This document shows positions 48,011 to 56,881 of a stretch of 64,000 bases of DNA, piece by piece. The stretch is from contig OZ241889.1 of the NCBI GenBank assembly GCA_965203355.1, positions 2,752,001 to 2,816,000 of the forward strand, written 5' to 3'. The position numbers and the translations under genes are program-made. The DNA is from Candidatus Latescibacterota bacterium. Its GTDB lineage: Bacteria; Latescibacterota; UBA2968; UBA8231. The notes beneath the pieces were generated by a model. The model was not told the origin of the DNA and made no database searches. It saw only the letters and a list, made by a program, of their open reading frames with translations. Numbering within the stretch: position 1 is the first letter of the stretch; every line of letters begins with the position of its first letter.

Positions 48011-49192
48011 ATGCAGGAAATTTTCGTCCCGTGGGCCGCTTGGTACGGCAAGGACCCGTTCAAAATGGAATTTCCCGAGCACTGGGACGTGGCGGTGCAT
48101 CCCCTGCGGGGTGGGCCGGACATCGGCGACGCTGGCATTCGCCGGGCACTGCAAGAAGCCATTGGTGCCCCGCCCCTGCGCGAATTCGCCCGCGGCCGGT
48201 CTTCGGCGGCCATCCTGGTCGACGATCTCTCACGCCCCACGCCGGCTTTTCGGCTCTTGCCCTATGTCCTGGAGGAATTGGCGGCGGCCGGGATCCGGGC
48301 CGATGCCGTAAAGATCATCTGCGCGCTGGCCGCCCACCGCCCGATGACGCGCGACGATTTGGTCAAGAAGGTCGGATTGGACATCGTCGATACCATGCAG
48401 GTGCTCAACCACAATGCCTATGAGAACTTGGAATTCCTCGGTTATTCCAGCCGCGGGATTCCGATTTGGGTCAACCGCGATATGACCTCTTGCGAGGTCC
48501 GCATCGCCTTGGGCATGATCACGCCGCGTGGGGGGATGTTTGGCGGCGGAGCCAAATTGCTCATCCCCGGTGCTTGTGGGCAGCAGACCATTTTGCTCAA
48601 CCACCGCCACGTGCGCGAAAATTTTCGCGCCCATCTGTCCGAAGTGGCGAAAATGGCCGGGGTCGCGTATATCGTCAATCCGCTGCTCAACGCGGACTTG
48701 CAGATTACCGGCTTGGTCGCTGGGGACGTGGACGCGGCCTTTGCGCGGGGCTGTGAGTTGGGGCGCGAGCAGTACGCTACTCAAGTTCCCGATGCTTTCG
48801 ACATTGGCGTGTTCAACGCCTTCCCCAAGGATACGGAACTGTGCCAAGCCGGGTTGGCGATGACGCCGTTGAGCGGCACCCAGAAAAATCCCTTCAACGA
48901 AAACTCGACTACTGTCCTGTGCTCGGCTAGCCCGGAGGGGCTGGGCTGGCACTCGGTGTTGGGGCCAGGTACCGCCCTGAGAGGAAAGGCCGGGCCGCCT
49001 GCCCGGCGCACCATTCTATTTTCGCCTGGGGTCAATAAGTGGGATGCGGCTTCGCTTTTTGGCGAGGGGGTTATTTTTTGTAAAACTTGGGCGGCCGTAT
49101 TGAGCGAATTAGAAAAATACCACGGGGCCAGCGCAAAAGTTTCGGTCTTTCCGGCTGGCGTGCTACAACGGGCGGCCGACGCCAACTACTAA
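48011..49192 (+). CDS. LarA-family (nickel-pincer) 2-hydroxyacid racemase/epimerase homologue
   Basis: DDLSRPTP, AHRPM, NHN, GGGAKLLIPG, NH, CSASPEG. Confidence 0.8.
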   Translation: MQEIFVPWAAWYGKDPFKMEFPEHWDVAVHPLRGGPDIGDAGIRRALQEAIGAPPLREFARGRSSAAILVDDLSRPTPAFRLLPYVLEELAAAGIRADAVKIICALAAHRPMTRDDLVKKVGLDIVDTMQVLNHNAYENLEFLGYSSRGIPIWVNRDMTSCEVRIALGMITPRGGMFGGGAKLLIPGACGQQTILLNHRHVRENFRAHLSEVAKMAGVAYIVNPLLNADLQITGLVAGDVDAAFARGCELGREQYATQVPDAFDIGVFNAFPKDTELCQAGLAMTPLSGTQKNPFNENSTTVLCSASPEGLGWHSVLGPGTALRGKAGPPARRTILFSPGVNKWDAASLFGEGVIFCKTWAAVLSELEKYHGASAKVSVFPAGVLQRAADANY

Positions 49193-49203
49193 AGAGGAAA
49201 AAG

Positions 49204-49980
49204 ATGCCACCGCTCGTGCGTTTTGGTCTAGAGGGCAAAATTGTCCTTGTAACTGGGGCTGGCCGGGGGATTGGCCGGACGATTGCTTTAGAATGCGCCC
49301 AGTCCGGGGCAAACGTCGCCGTTGGCAGCCGCACCCCGGCCGAGCTGGAAACGCTGGCTGCGGAGATTGAGGCCACCGGCCGGGCGTGTTTCTACCACCA
49401 CCTCGACGTGACGGACGTACGCTCTATCGAGCGTTTTATGGCGGCGGTAGTAGCGCACTGCGGGCGGATTGACGTGCTGATCAACAACGCCGGCTACAAC
49501 AAGGTCGGCAAAATCCTCGACTACGACGAAGCGCTTTACGACTTGATCGTCGATGCCAACCTGAAGAATGTGTTTTTTTGTAGCCAGATTGCCGCGCGGC
49601 AGATGATCGCCCAAGGCGGGGGAGGCAATATCATCAATATCTCGTCTCAAGCTGGCGTAGTCGGCGCGCCCGAGCGCGGTCCTTATTCAGGTGCCAAAGC
49701 AGGCGTAAACAACCTAACGCGGACTATGGCCGCCGAATGGGCCGAATACCAGATACGGGTCAACGCGGTGGCCCCAACCGTGACCCGCTCGCCACTGGCC
49801 GAGACCGCCATGCGGGAAAGCCAAACCTTCGCCAATGCGGTGAAGACCAAGAATTTGCTGCGCGGTGCCTTGGCCGAACCAGAGGAAATGTCAGCACCGG
49901 TGATCTTTTTGGCGTCGGATGCCGCGTCGATGATCACCGGGCACACGCTGGTGGTGGATGGGGGATGGACCATCGTCTAG
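49204..49980 (+). CDS. Short-chain dehydrogenase/reductase
   Basis: TGAGRGIG, NNAG, ISS, YSGAK, VNAVAP, VDGG; GAGG RBS before ATG 49204. Confidence 0.93.
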   Translation: MPPLVRFGLEGKIVLVTGAGRGIGRTIALECAQSGANVAVGSRTPAELETLAAEIEATGRACFYHHLDVTDVRSIERFMAAVVAHCGRIDVLINNAGYNKVGKILDYDEALYDLIVDANLKNVFFCSQIAARQMIAQGGGGNIINISSQAGVVGAPERGPYSGAKAGVNNLTRTMAAEWAEYQIRVNAVAPTVTRSPLAETAMRESQTFANAVKTKNLLRGALAEPEEMSAPVIFLASDAASMITGHTLVVDGGWTIV

Positions 49981-50274
49981 CGATCCGGCGAAACGCCGCG
50001 GCCGACTGAGACTGGCTGATCGTCTATCGCTCGTCCGCTCAAGCACCGACCTCGCACCCGAAAAGCCCCGCCCCTTGTAGCCTGCCGCGTACTGCGGATC
50101 TTTCAGCCCTTCTTCCACAAATTCGCGGAGAGCCTTTGGACTCTAGGCCGCTCAACTGCGAGTGTGCGCGATACCAAAAGGGCTGTGGGGCGCGAAGTAG
50201 CGGCTTGGCGATCGGGAGAAAGTCGAGTTCCGCACCCCAGAAAAAGCCCCCAATGCCCAGGCCGTCAACTCGCG

Positions 50275-50303
50275 TTGTCCCAATCGGTTAAGCTGCTTAT
50301 TAT
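50275..50303 (+). promoter_or_regulatory. Promoter for the three-gene membrane operon
   Basis: TTGTCC-N17-TATTAT, then AAAGGGA RBS and TTG 50325. Confidence 0.6.
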
Positions 50304-50324
50304 AACACGCCAAAGGGACGCTAC

Positions 50325-52481
50325 TTGCTAAGACGCTTGCCGACTCACTACCTAGACCACCTTGCCGGGCGCGATCAGGCTCTGCTGGCCCCGCCCGGTA
50401 CCCAGCAGCTAACCATGCGTGCGTTTTGGGTGGGCGCGTTCCTCAGCTTTTTTCTCGCCATCGGTGCTCCATATGGCAACATGATCATCCGCGGCTCCTA
50501 TATGGCCTTGGACTTCAGTACGCCAGGGGCCATTTTTTTGTTTCTCGTCCTCATTGGGCTGCTCAATGTGCTGTTCAAGATCGCCGCTAGCCCGGCGGGC
50601 GCGGTGGTTTGGGCCTTGGTCTCGGGTGCGCTCTATGGCTTCTATTATGGCTGGGAGGCTCCGCTCGATCTCTTTGCCCCGGGTTTTTTCTTTGCCTCCT
50701 TCATCGTCGCCTCGTCCCTGCTCAATATGGTATTGGTCTTTTGTGGGCGGAGTTTGGTCCTCAACCGGGCCGAGCTGATTCTCGTGTACGTCATGCTGTT
50801 GATCGTCTCGGCTTTGTGTACGATGGGTTTGAGCGAACAAATCCTGCCGATGATCACGGCGGTGTTTTACTTTGCCTCGCCGGAAAATAAGTGGCAGGAA
50901 ATGCTCTTTCCCCATTTTTCGGCCCGAGAAGTCCTAGTCAACGACGGGAGCGATAACAAGACCTTTTACGAAGGGTTGGCACCGGGGGAAGCGATTCCCT
51001 ACGCAGCATGGGTAGAGCCTTTGTGCTGGTGGGCGGTCTTTCTCTTGGCACTATACCTGACCATGGTGTCGGTCGCGGTTATCATCCGCCGGCAGTGGAT
51101 GGAGCGCGAGCGATTGCCCTATCCGATCACGCAGGTGGGACTGGCGATGGTGCGGGGCGAGGAACGCGAGTTTAAGATCAATACCTTTTTTCGCCAGCCG
51201 ACCATGTGGGCCGGTTTTATGTTGCCGATTTTCTTTGGCAGCTTGAAGGCCCTGCATTTCTACAACCCGGCTTTTCCGGTTTTCGCGCTGACTTGGTGGA
51301 TACCCTTAGTGGGCAAGCAGACCTTGCAAATGACCGTCAGCTTCGCCATAGTCGGCTTTTCGTACTTCATCAATGCTAATATCGCGGCTGGCATCTGGTT
51401 CTTTCACCTTTTGGCCAAGTTTGAAAAGGAGTTCTTCGCGGTCGCTGGCGTGACGTCCGAGCAGAAGGTCACCTTTGGCGTGGCCGATTTTCCCCTGATG
51501 GCCTACCAAGGGGTTGGCGCCTTGCTGGCAATGGTTGTGGTTGGCTTGTGGGTGGGCCGGGAACACTTTGGCAATGTGTGCAAAAAGGCCCTCGGCTTGG
51601 CCCCAGCGGTGGAGGACGGGGATGAAATCATGTCCTATCGCTGGTCTTTTTTTGGCGCGTTGGGCGGGATTTTGGTCATGTCGTGTTGGCTGTGGATCAT
51701 GGGGACGCCGCTGTGGGTGGCGTTTGCTTTTGTCGTCTTGGCTTTGCTCATCTTCCTCGGTGTGACGCGAATCGTCGCCGAAGCCGGTCTAGCGGCCGTG
51801 CGCGCCCCGATGACGGCTCCAGACTTGGTAATTTTGGGGTTGGGGACCGACTTGGTGACGCGGGCTGGGGTGTGGAACTTGTCGTTGGCTTATATGTGGG
51901 GTGCGGACGTGCGGGTGTTCGTCCTGGCCACCTGCACCAACGCCCTCAAGCTAATTGAAGAGATGGAGCCGAGGCTGCGGCGGCTGGTGTTTTGGGCCAT
52001 TATCCTCGCGCTTTTCATTGGGGTCCTCGGTGCGTTTTGGATGATTTTCCATATGGCCTATCAGCACGGCGGTGTGAATCTCAATAGTTGGTTTTTTAAG
52101 GGCGCACCCGAAACCGCGTACAATAATGCGCTCCGCAATATAGAGCCGACGGGCATCCATTGGCCGGGGCTGGGGTTTTTGTCCGGCGGTGCCCTGGTGA
52201 TGGGGGCGATGATGTGGGCGCGGCAGCGCCTGCCGTGGTGGCCGGTGCATCCCATCGGCTTTCCCATTGGGGCCAATGGCTTGCTCAACTACGTGTGGTT
52301 TAGCGTGTTCTTGGCTTGGTTTATCAAGAAGCTGATCATGCGCTTTGGCGGGGTAGCCTTGTATCGCCGCAGTCAGATGTTCTTTTTGGGGCTGATCTGC
52401 GGGCAGGTTTCGTGTAATGGACTGTGGTTGGTCCTAGATTACTTCACCGGCAAAGTGGGGAATTCCATTTTTTGGGCATGA
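50325..52481 (+). CDS. Polytopic membrane protein, DUF6785/DUF6784 (OPT-like) family
   Basis: Many TM helices, RRQWMERERLPYPI, RIVAEAG, WWPVHPIG, KKLIMRFGG..LY; family recalled from motifs. Confidence 0.7.
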   Translation: MLRRLPTHYLDHLAGRDQALLAPPGTQQLTMRAFWVGAFLSFFLAIGAPYGNMIIRGSYMALDFSTPGAIFLFLVLIGLLNVLFKIAASPAGAVVWALVSGALYGFYYGWEAPLDLFAPGFFFASFIVASSLLNMVLVFCGRSLVLNRAELILVYVMLLIVSALCTMGLSEQILPMITAVFYFASPENKWQEMLFPHFSAREVLVNDGSDNKTFYEGLAPGEAIPYAAWVEPLCWWAVFLLALYLTMVSVAVIIRRQWMERERLPYPITQVGLAMVRGEEREFKINTFFRQPTMWAGFMLPIFFGSLKALHFYNPAFPVFALTWWIPLVGKQTLQMTVSFAIVGFSYFINANIAAGIWFFHLLAKFEKEFFAVAGVTSEQKVTFGVADFPLMAYQGVGALLAMVVVGLWVGREHFGNVCKKALGLAPAVEDGDEIMSYRWSFFGALGGILVMSCWLWIMGTPLWVAFAFVVLALLIFLGVTRIVAEAGLAAVRAPMTAPDLVILGLGTDLVTRAGVWNLSLAYMWGADVRVFVLATCTNALKLIEEMEPRLRRLVFWAIILALFIGVLGAFWMIFHMAYQHGGVNLNSWFFKGAPETAYNNALRNIEPTGIHWPGLGFLSGGALVMGAMMWARQRLPWWPVHPIGFPIGANGLLNYVWFSVFLAWFIKKLIMRFGGVALYRRSQMFFLGLICGQVSCNGLWLVLDYFTGKVGNSIFWA

Positions 52482-55400
52482 AGCACTCGGTTTACTGCAT
52501 CCTCGGCATGCTCGCGCTGGCCGCCGATAGCGGTTGGGCGCGCGAGGACGGTTTGCGCGAAACCGTTGCTTATCTGTCGTCGCTCGGCTCTCGGGTCAGC
52601 GGCTATCCTGGGGCCGCGGTCGCCGCAGAGTACGTTGAGCAGCGCCTGCGTGCGATCGGCTTGCCCGAGCTGACCCGCGAATCCTTTGAAGTCACTGTGC
52701 CCATCGACCAAGGCGGCGAACTGCTGCTCACCGAGAGCGGGGAGCGCTACGCCCTCTACGGCCTGTGGCCCAACTTGGTCCGCACCTCGACCTTGCCCGA
52801 GTACGAGGGCGAGATGATCTACGGCGGGGACGGCGAGTGGGAGGATTTCGCGGGCTTTGAACTCGCGGGCCGGGTGGTGCTGATGGAATTCAATAGCTGG
52901 AGCCGGTGGTTGCAGGCCGCTTCGCTGGGGGCGCGTGCCATCGTCTTCATCGCTCCGGAGGAGACCACGGCCAACCAAGCTATGACCAAGTATTCCACTG
53001 CGCCGTTGGACATCCCGCGCTTTTGGCTTGAAAGAGCGGCCGGATTACAACTCAAAGAGCGGCTGCGCCAACACCCGACTGCTGTGGTGCTCAAGGGGCG
53101 GATGGACTGGCAGCGCAAGCAGGCTTGGAATATCTGGGGCCGGCTTCCCGGCACCGACCCGGCGCTGGCCGACGAGACCATTGTCATCGAAAGCTACTAC
53201 GACGGCATGTCGGTGGTTCCGGCCTTGGCGCCGGCCGCCGAAGCGACCAGCGGCATGGCTGCGTTGCTGGCGTTGGCCGAGCACCTAGTGCGGCACCCGC
53301 CGCGCCGGCCGGTCGTGCTGGTGGCCACGGGCGCGCATTTCCAAGCCCAGCAGGGGATCGTCCACTTCCTCGAGCGCCACGCCCGCCGCCATCCCTACTA
53401 TGCCGAGCGGATGGCCGAGCCGCTCAAGCCCAAGCTCTTCATCTGCATTGACCTGACGAGTCAGTCCGACGGACTGGGAATTTGGAACAATACCGCTAGC
53501 TATGATCTCAAGCGATTCTTCGTGCCTTTTGGCCGGCGTTTTACGGCCTATGCCGAGGAGGAGTCCGCGCGGTTGGGGCTACAGCAGCAACGACCGCTGG
53601 CCAATGGGATTAGCCCGATTCGCGGCATGGACTGGTCGACCTTCGTGCCGGGTGGGGTCTCGGTCAGTGGGGTGCAGGCCCTGACCGCGGGGATTGTCTC
53701 GCTGTCGTTGGCGACCGTCAACGACGCCCGCTACATCGTCGATACCCCGCTCGATACGCCCGAGCGGATGAATATCGACAATGTGTCCCGCCAAAGCCGC
53801 CTGCTCAACGCCATGCTGTCGCGGGCCGTCAACGACGAGGAGCTGTTTGCCGATCTCGAAGATTTTGGCCCGGTGCTCAAGGACAAATTGCGCTCCCTGC
53901 GGGTCAAGGTCCGTTCGTTTCCGCGCCACAGCCAAGTGCCGGACCGGCCCATCGCCGACGCCCTCGTCGTAGTGAATCCTTGGTTCAAGTCGCACAAAGG
54001 CGTGCGCTGGGCGCAGTACCACCTCACGGACGACCAAGGCATCGCCGATATCGCTGGATTGCGCACCGGGGCCTATCCGGTGGTAGCCTATCAAGTCAAG
54101 TCGGAAACTGGGGCGATCGCGTTTGCGCCCGACCTTTCGGAACGGGCGCAAAAATTCAGTGGCGCGGTCGTGAACGGGTGGATGATCGACAGCAAAATTC
54201 GCTGGAATATCAACGAAAAGACCATCGTCGTCTTTCCCGCCATTTCGCGGCCCTTCTACAGCATGATTGACCCGCGCTATCTCCGGTCGTTCAAGGGGAT
54301 CAAGATCGTCGATCACAGCGGAGTGGCCCCCCGCCAGTTCGGACTGGCGCGGGGGATTGACGAAGGCGAGGCCGTCGGTGTGGTGTTCGGAGCGCAGGAC
54401 GCCGACGAGGACGACGGCATCAAAATGATCATCGACAACCGCCTACTCCTGCTCAATAGCGAGGGCGACGAAAACGAGACGCAGGCTCGAGGGCGGGGCT
54501 ACGCGCTCAGAGAGGACTCGCTCGTCCGCACCGGGATGTTGGCGGTCGAGGACATGTGGCAGCTTAATGAGGCGCGGCTGCGCACCCTGCGCGAACACGC
54601 CATTGAAAATCAACGCCTAGCCCGGCTACACCAGCGCGGCAAGGCCCTGATCGAAAAGGCGCGGCAGGCCGAAGAGACCAAGGATTGGGCGCGCTATGTC
54701 GAGCACGTCCGGGCCGCGCTAGGCGTGACGTCTCGCGCGTACCCCGAAGTGCTACAGACGCTCAACGACGTCATCAGAGGAATGGTGTTTTTTCTCGCCT
54801 TGGTCATCCCGACGGCCTTTCTGGGGGAGCGGTTGCTGTTTGCAGCAGCCGATATTCGCCGACAGCTAGCTGGGTTTGGGGTGTTGCTGCTGTTGATTTG
54901 GCTTGCCATCTCTCAGGTTCACCCGGCCTTTGCCATCGCCCATCCACTGGTGATTTTGCTGGCCTTTGCCATCATGGCGATGGCGGCGTTTGTCTTGGCC
55001 ATGATCAGCGCCCGCTTCAACCGCTATATGAAAGCCTATCAGGCGCGGGAGGCCCACGTCCACGAGACGGATATCAGCCGCGCCAGTGCCAGTTACGCGG
55101 CCTTCATGCTCGGTATTTCCAACATGCGGCGGCGCAAGCTGCGCACCGGGCTGACCTTGCTGACCTTGGTCCTGCTCACCTTTACCGTGCTCTCCTTCAC
55201 CTCGTTCAATACCCAAGTTCGCTACATGGCCTTTGCCATGGACCACGAGGGGACCTACGAAGGTGTGCTGATCCGCGACCGCAACTGGAATGTGCTGAAT
55301 CGCCCGACGCTCGACTACGCCCACTCGCACTTCGCTGCCGAGGGCGTGGTCGTGCCGCGCAACTGGTATGTCGCCTTTGACGACGAGCAGAAGAAGTACA

Positions 55401-56881
55401 TCGAGGTCTTCGGCGATACCGCGGTGGTGCGGGCGACCGGGATGCTGGGGCTGATGCCGGAAGAAGCGCGCGTCACTGGCATCGACCAAGCCCTGGTGGG
55501 CGGGCGTTTCTTTGCGAGCGAGGACGAGGCGTCCTGCCTGATGGCCGAGGGCATGGCCGAGGCGCTGGGCATTGGTCTGGCGGAGTTGGGCACGGCAACG
55601 GTGCGGGTGTTCGGCCGGGACTTGGTGGTGCGGGGCGTGTTCGATCCCGAGCGCTTTGAGGATATTCGCGATCTCGACGACGAGCCGCTGACGCCGGCAG
55701 ATTTCCAGCTGTCGAGTGCCCAAGCCCTCGGGCCGGTAGCTCAAGACAATATGAGCATCGCCCTAGAGGAAGCCGCGCTCGACATTCGTCCCTTCATCCA
55801 CCTAGAATCCGACAACGTGCTGGTCTTGCCCTATGGAACGCTACAGGAGGCCGGGGGCACGTTGCGCTCCGTGGCGGTGCGAATGGAGGATGGAGTGCGC
55901 GGGCAGGCCATGATCGAGGATTTTCTCCTGCGTCTGGCCATTACGCTTTTTGCTGGCCTGCAAGAACCGGGCGAATCCGCCATTAAGGTGTTTTCCTATA
56001 CCTCAATTGGGTTGACCGATGTCGAGGGCTTGGGGGCCTTGGTGATACCGATGTTTATCGCCGCGCTGATTGTGCTCAATGCAATGATGGGGGCCGTCTA
56101 TGAGCGCTTCCGCGAGATCGGCATTTATTCGTCGGTGGGATTAGCGCCGCTGCACATTGCCCTGCTTTTCGTGGCCGAGGCCTGTGTCTATGCGATTATT
56201 GGCGTTACCTTGGGCTATATCCTCGGCCAGAGTTTGGGCAAAGTGCTCATCGCACTGGACCTGCTACAGGGAATAAGCCTCAATTACTCGTCGATGGCGG
56301 CGATTGTCTCGTCGCTGATCGTGATGGCCGTGGTCTTGCTTTCGACTATCTATCCGGCCAGGGTAGCGGCCCGCACGGCCGTGCCCGATACGGTCCGGCG
56401 CTGGACGCCGCCGGATCCTGACGGAGACCGCTGGGAAATGGAATTTCCCTTTATGGTCAGCGAGGGGGAAGTGCGGGGCTTGTGCGGATTCTTAGCCAGT
56501 TATTTCAGTGCCTATAGCGAGGAGTCCATCGGCGACTTCTACGCCGAGAAGGTCCAGTTGGTCGAGGAAGCCGGCGCGCGCGGGCCGGAGTACGCGGTGC
56601 AGCTTTTGCTGTGGCTGGCGCCATTCGACATGGGGGTGAGCCAGTTCATGCAGCTCGAATTTTTGCCCACCGAAGTCAAATCAGTCTATACCGTAGAAAT
56701 CTACATTGAGCGGATCAGTGGGCAGGACACCTTCTGGCAGCGGGTCAACTACCGATTTATCAATGGGTTGCGGAAAGAGTTCCTGCTCTGGCACACCCTC
56801 GCCGCCGAGTCCAAGGCCCACCATCTCGGGGTCGCTGAGCAGCTATTGGCCGCGGCAGCCGAAGCCGAGCAAGTGGAATGA
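52478..56881 (+). CDS. Signal peptide + M28/PA pseudo-peptidase ectodomain + TM bundle + MacB/FtsX-like permease fusion
   Basis: ATGA overlap with the upstream stop; SRVSGYPG, PA-like segment, YYDG..PAAEATSG, NMRRRKLRTGLT, VYERFREIGIYSSVG..FVAEA. Confidence 0.8.
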   Translation: MKHSVYCILGMLALAADSGWAREDGLRETVAYLSSLGSRVSGYPGAAVAAEYVEQRLRAIGLPELTRESFEVTVPIDQGGELLLTESGERYALYGLWPNLVRTSTLPEYEGEMIYGGDGEWEDFAGFELAGRVVLMEFNSWSRWLQAASLGARAIVFIAPEETTANQAMTKYSTAPLDIPRFWLERAAGLQLKERLRQHPTAVVLKGRMDWQRKQAWNIWGRLPGTDPALADETIVIESYYDGMSVVPALAPAAEATSGMAALLALAEHLVRHPPRRPVVLVATGAHFQAQQGIVHFLERHARRHPYYAERMAEPLKPKLFICIDLTSQSDGLGIWNNTASYDLKRFFVPFGRRFTAYAEEESARLGLQQQRPLANGISPIRGMDWSTFVPGGVSVSGVQALTAGIVSLSLATVNDARYIVDTPLDTPERMNIDNVSRQSRLLNAMLSRAVNDEELFADLEDFGPVLKDKLRSLRVKVRSFPRHSQVPDRPIADALVVVNPWFKSHKGVRWAQYHLTDDQGIADIAGLRTGAYPVVAYQVKSETGAIAFAPDLSERAQKFSGAVVNGWMIDSKIRWNINEKTIVVFPAISRPFYSMIDPRYLRSFKGIKIVDHSGVAPRQFGLARGIDEGEAVGVVFGAQDADEDDGIKMIIDNRLLLLNSEGDENETQARGRGYALREDSLVRTGMLAVEDMWQLNEARLRTLREHAIENQRLARLHQRGKALIEKARQAEETKDWARYVEHVRAALGVTSRAYPEVLQTLNDVIRGMVFFLALVIPTAFLGERLLFAAADIRRQLAGFGVLLLLIWLAISQVHPAFAIAHPLVILLAFAIMAMAAFVLAMISARFNRYMKAYQAREAHVHETDISRASASYAAFMLGISNMRRRKLRTGLTLLTLVLLTFTVLSFTSFNTQVRYMAFAMDHEGTYEGVLIRDRNWNVLNRPTLDYAHSHFAAEGVVVPRNWYVAFDDEQKKYIEVFGDTAVVRATGMLGLMPEEARVTGIDQALVGGRFFASEDEASCLMAEGMAEALGIGLAELGTATVRVFGRDLVVRGVFDPERFEDIRDLDDEPLTPADFQLSSAQALGPVAQDNMSIALEEAALDIRPFIHLESDNVLVLPYGTLQEAGGTLRSVAVRMEDGVRGQAMIEDFLLRLAITLFAGLQEPGESAIKVFSYTSIGLTDVEGLGALVIPMFIAALIVLNAMMGAVYERFREIGIYSSVGLAPLHIALLFVAEACVYAIIGVTLGYILGQSLGKVLIALDLLQGISLNYSSMAAIVSSLIVMAVVLLSTIYPARVAARTAVPDTVRRWTPPDPDGDRWEMEFPFMVSEGEVRGLCGFLASYFSAYSEESIGDFYAEKVQLVEEAGARGPEYAVQLLLWLAPFDMGVSQFMQLEFLPTEVKSVYTVEIYIERISGQDTFWQRVNYRFINGLRKEFLLWHTLAAESKAHHLGVAEQLLAAAAEAEQVE

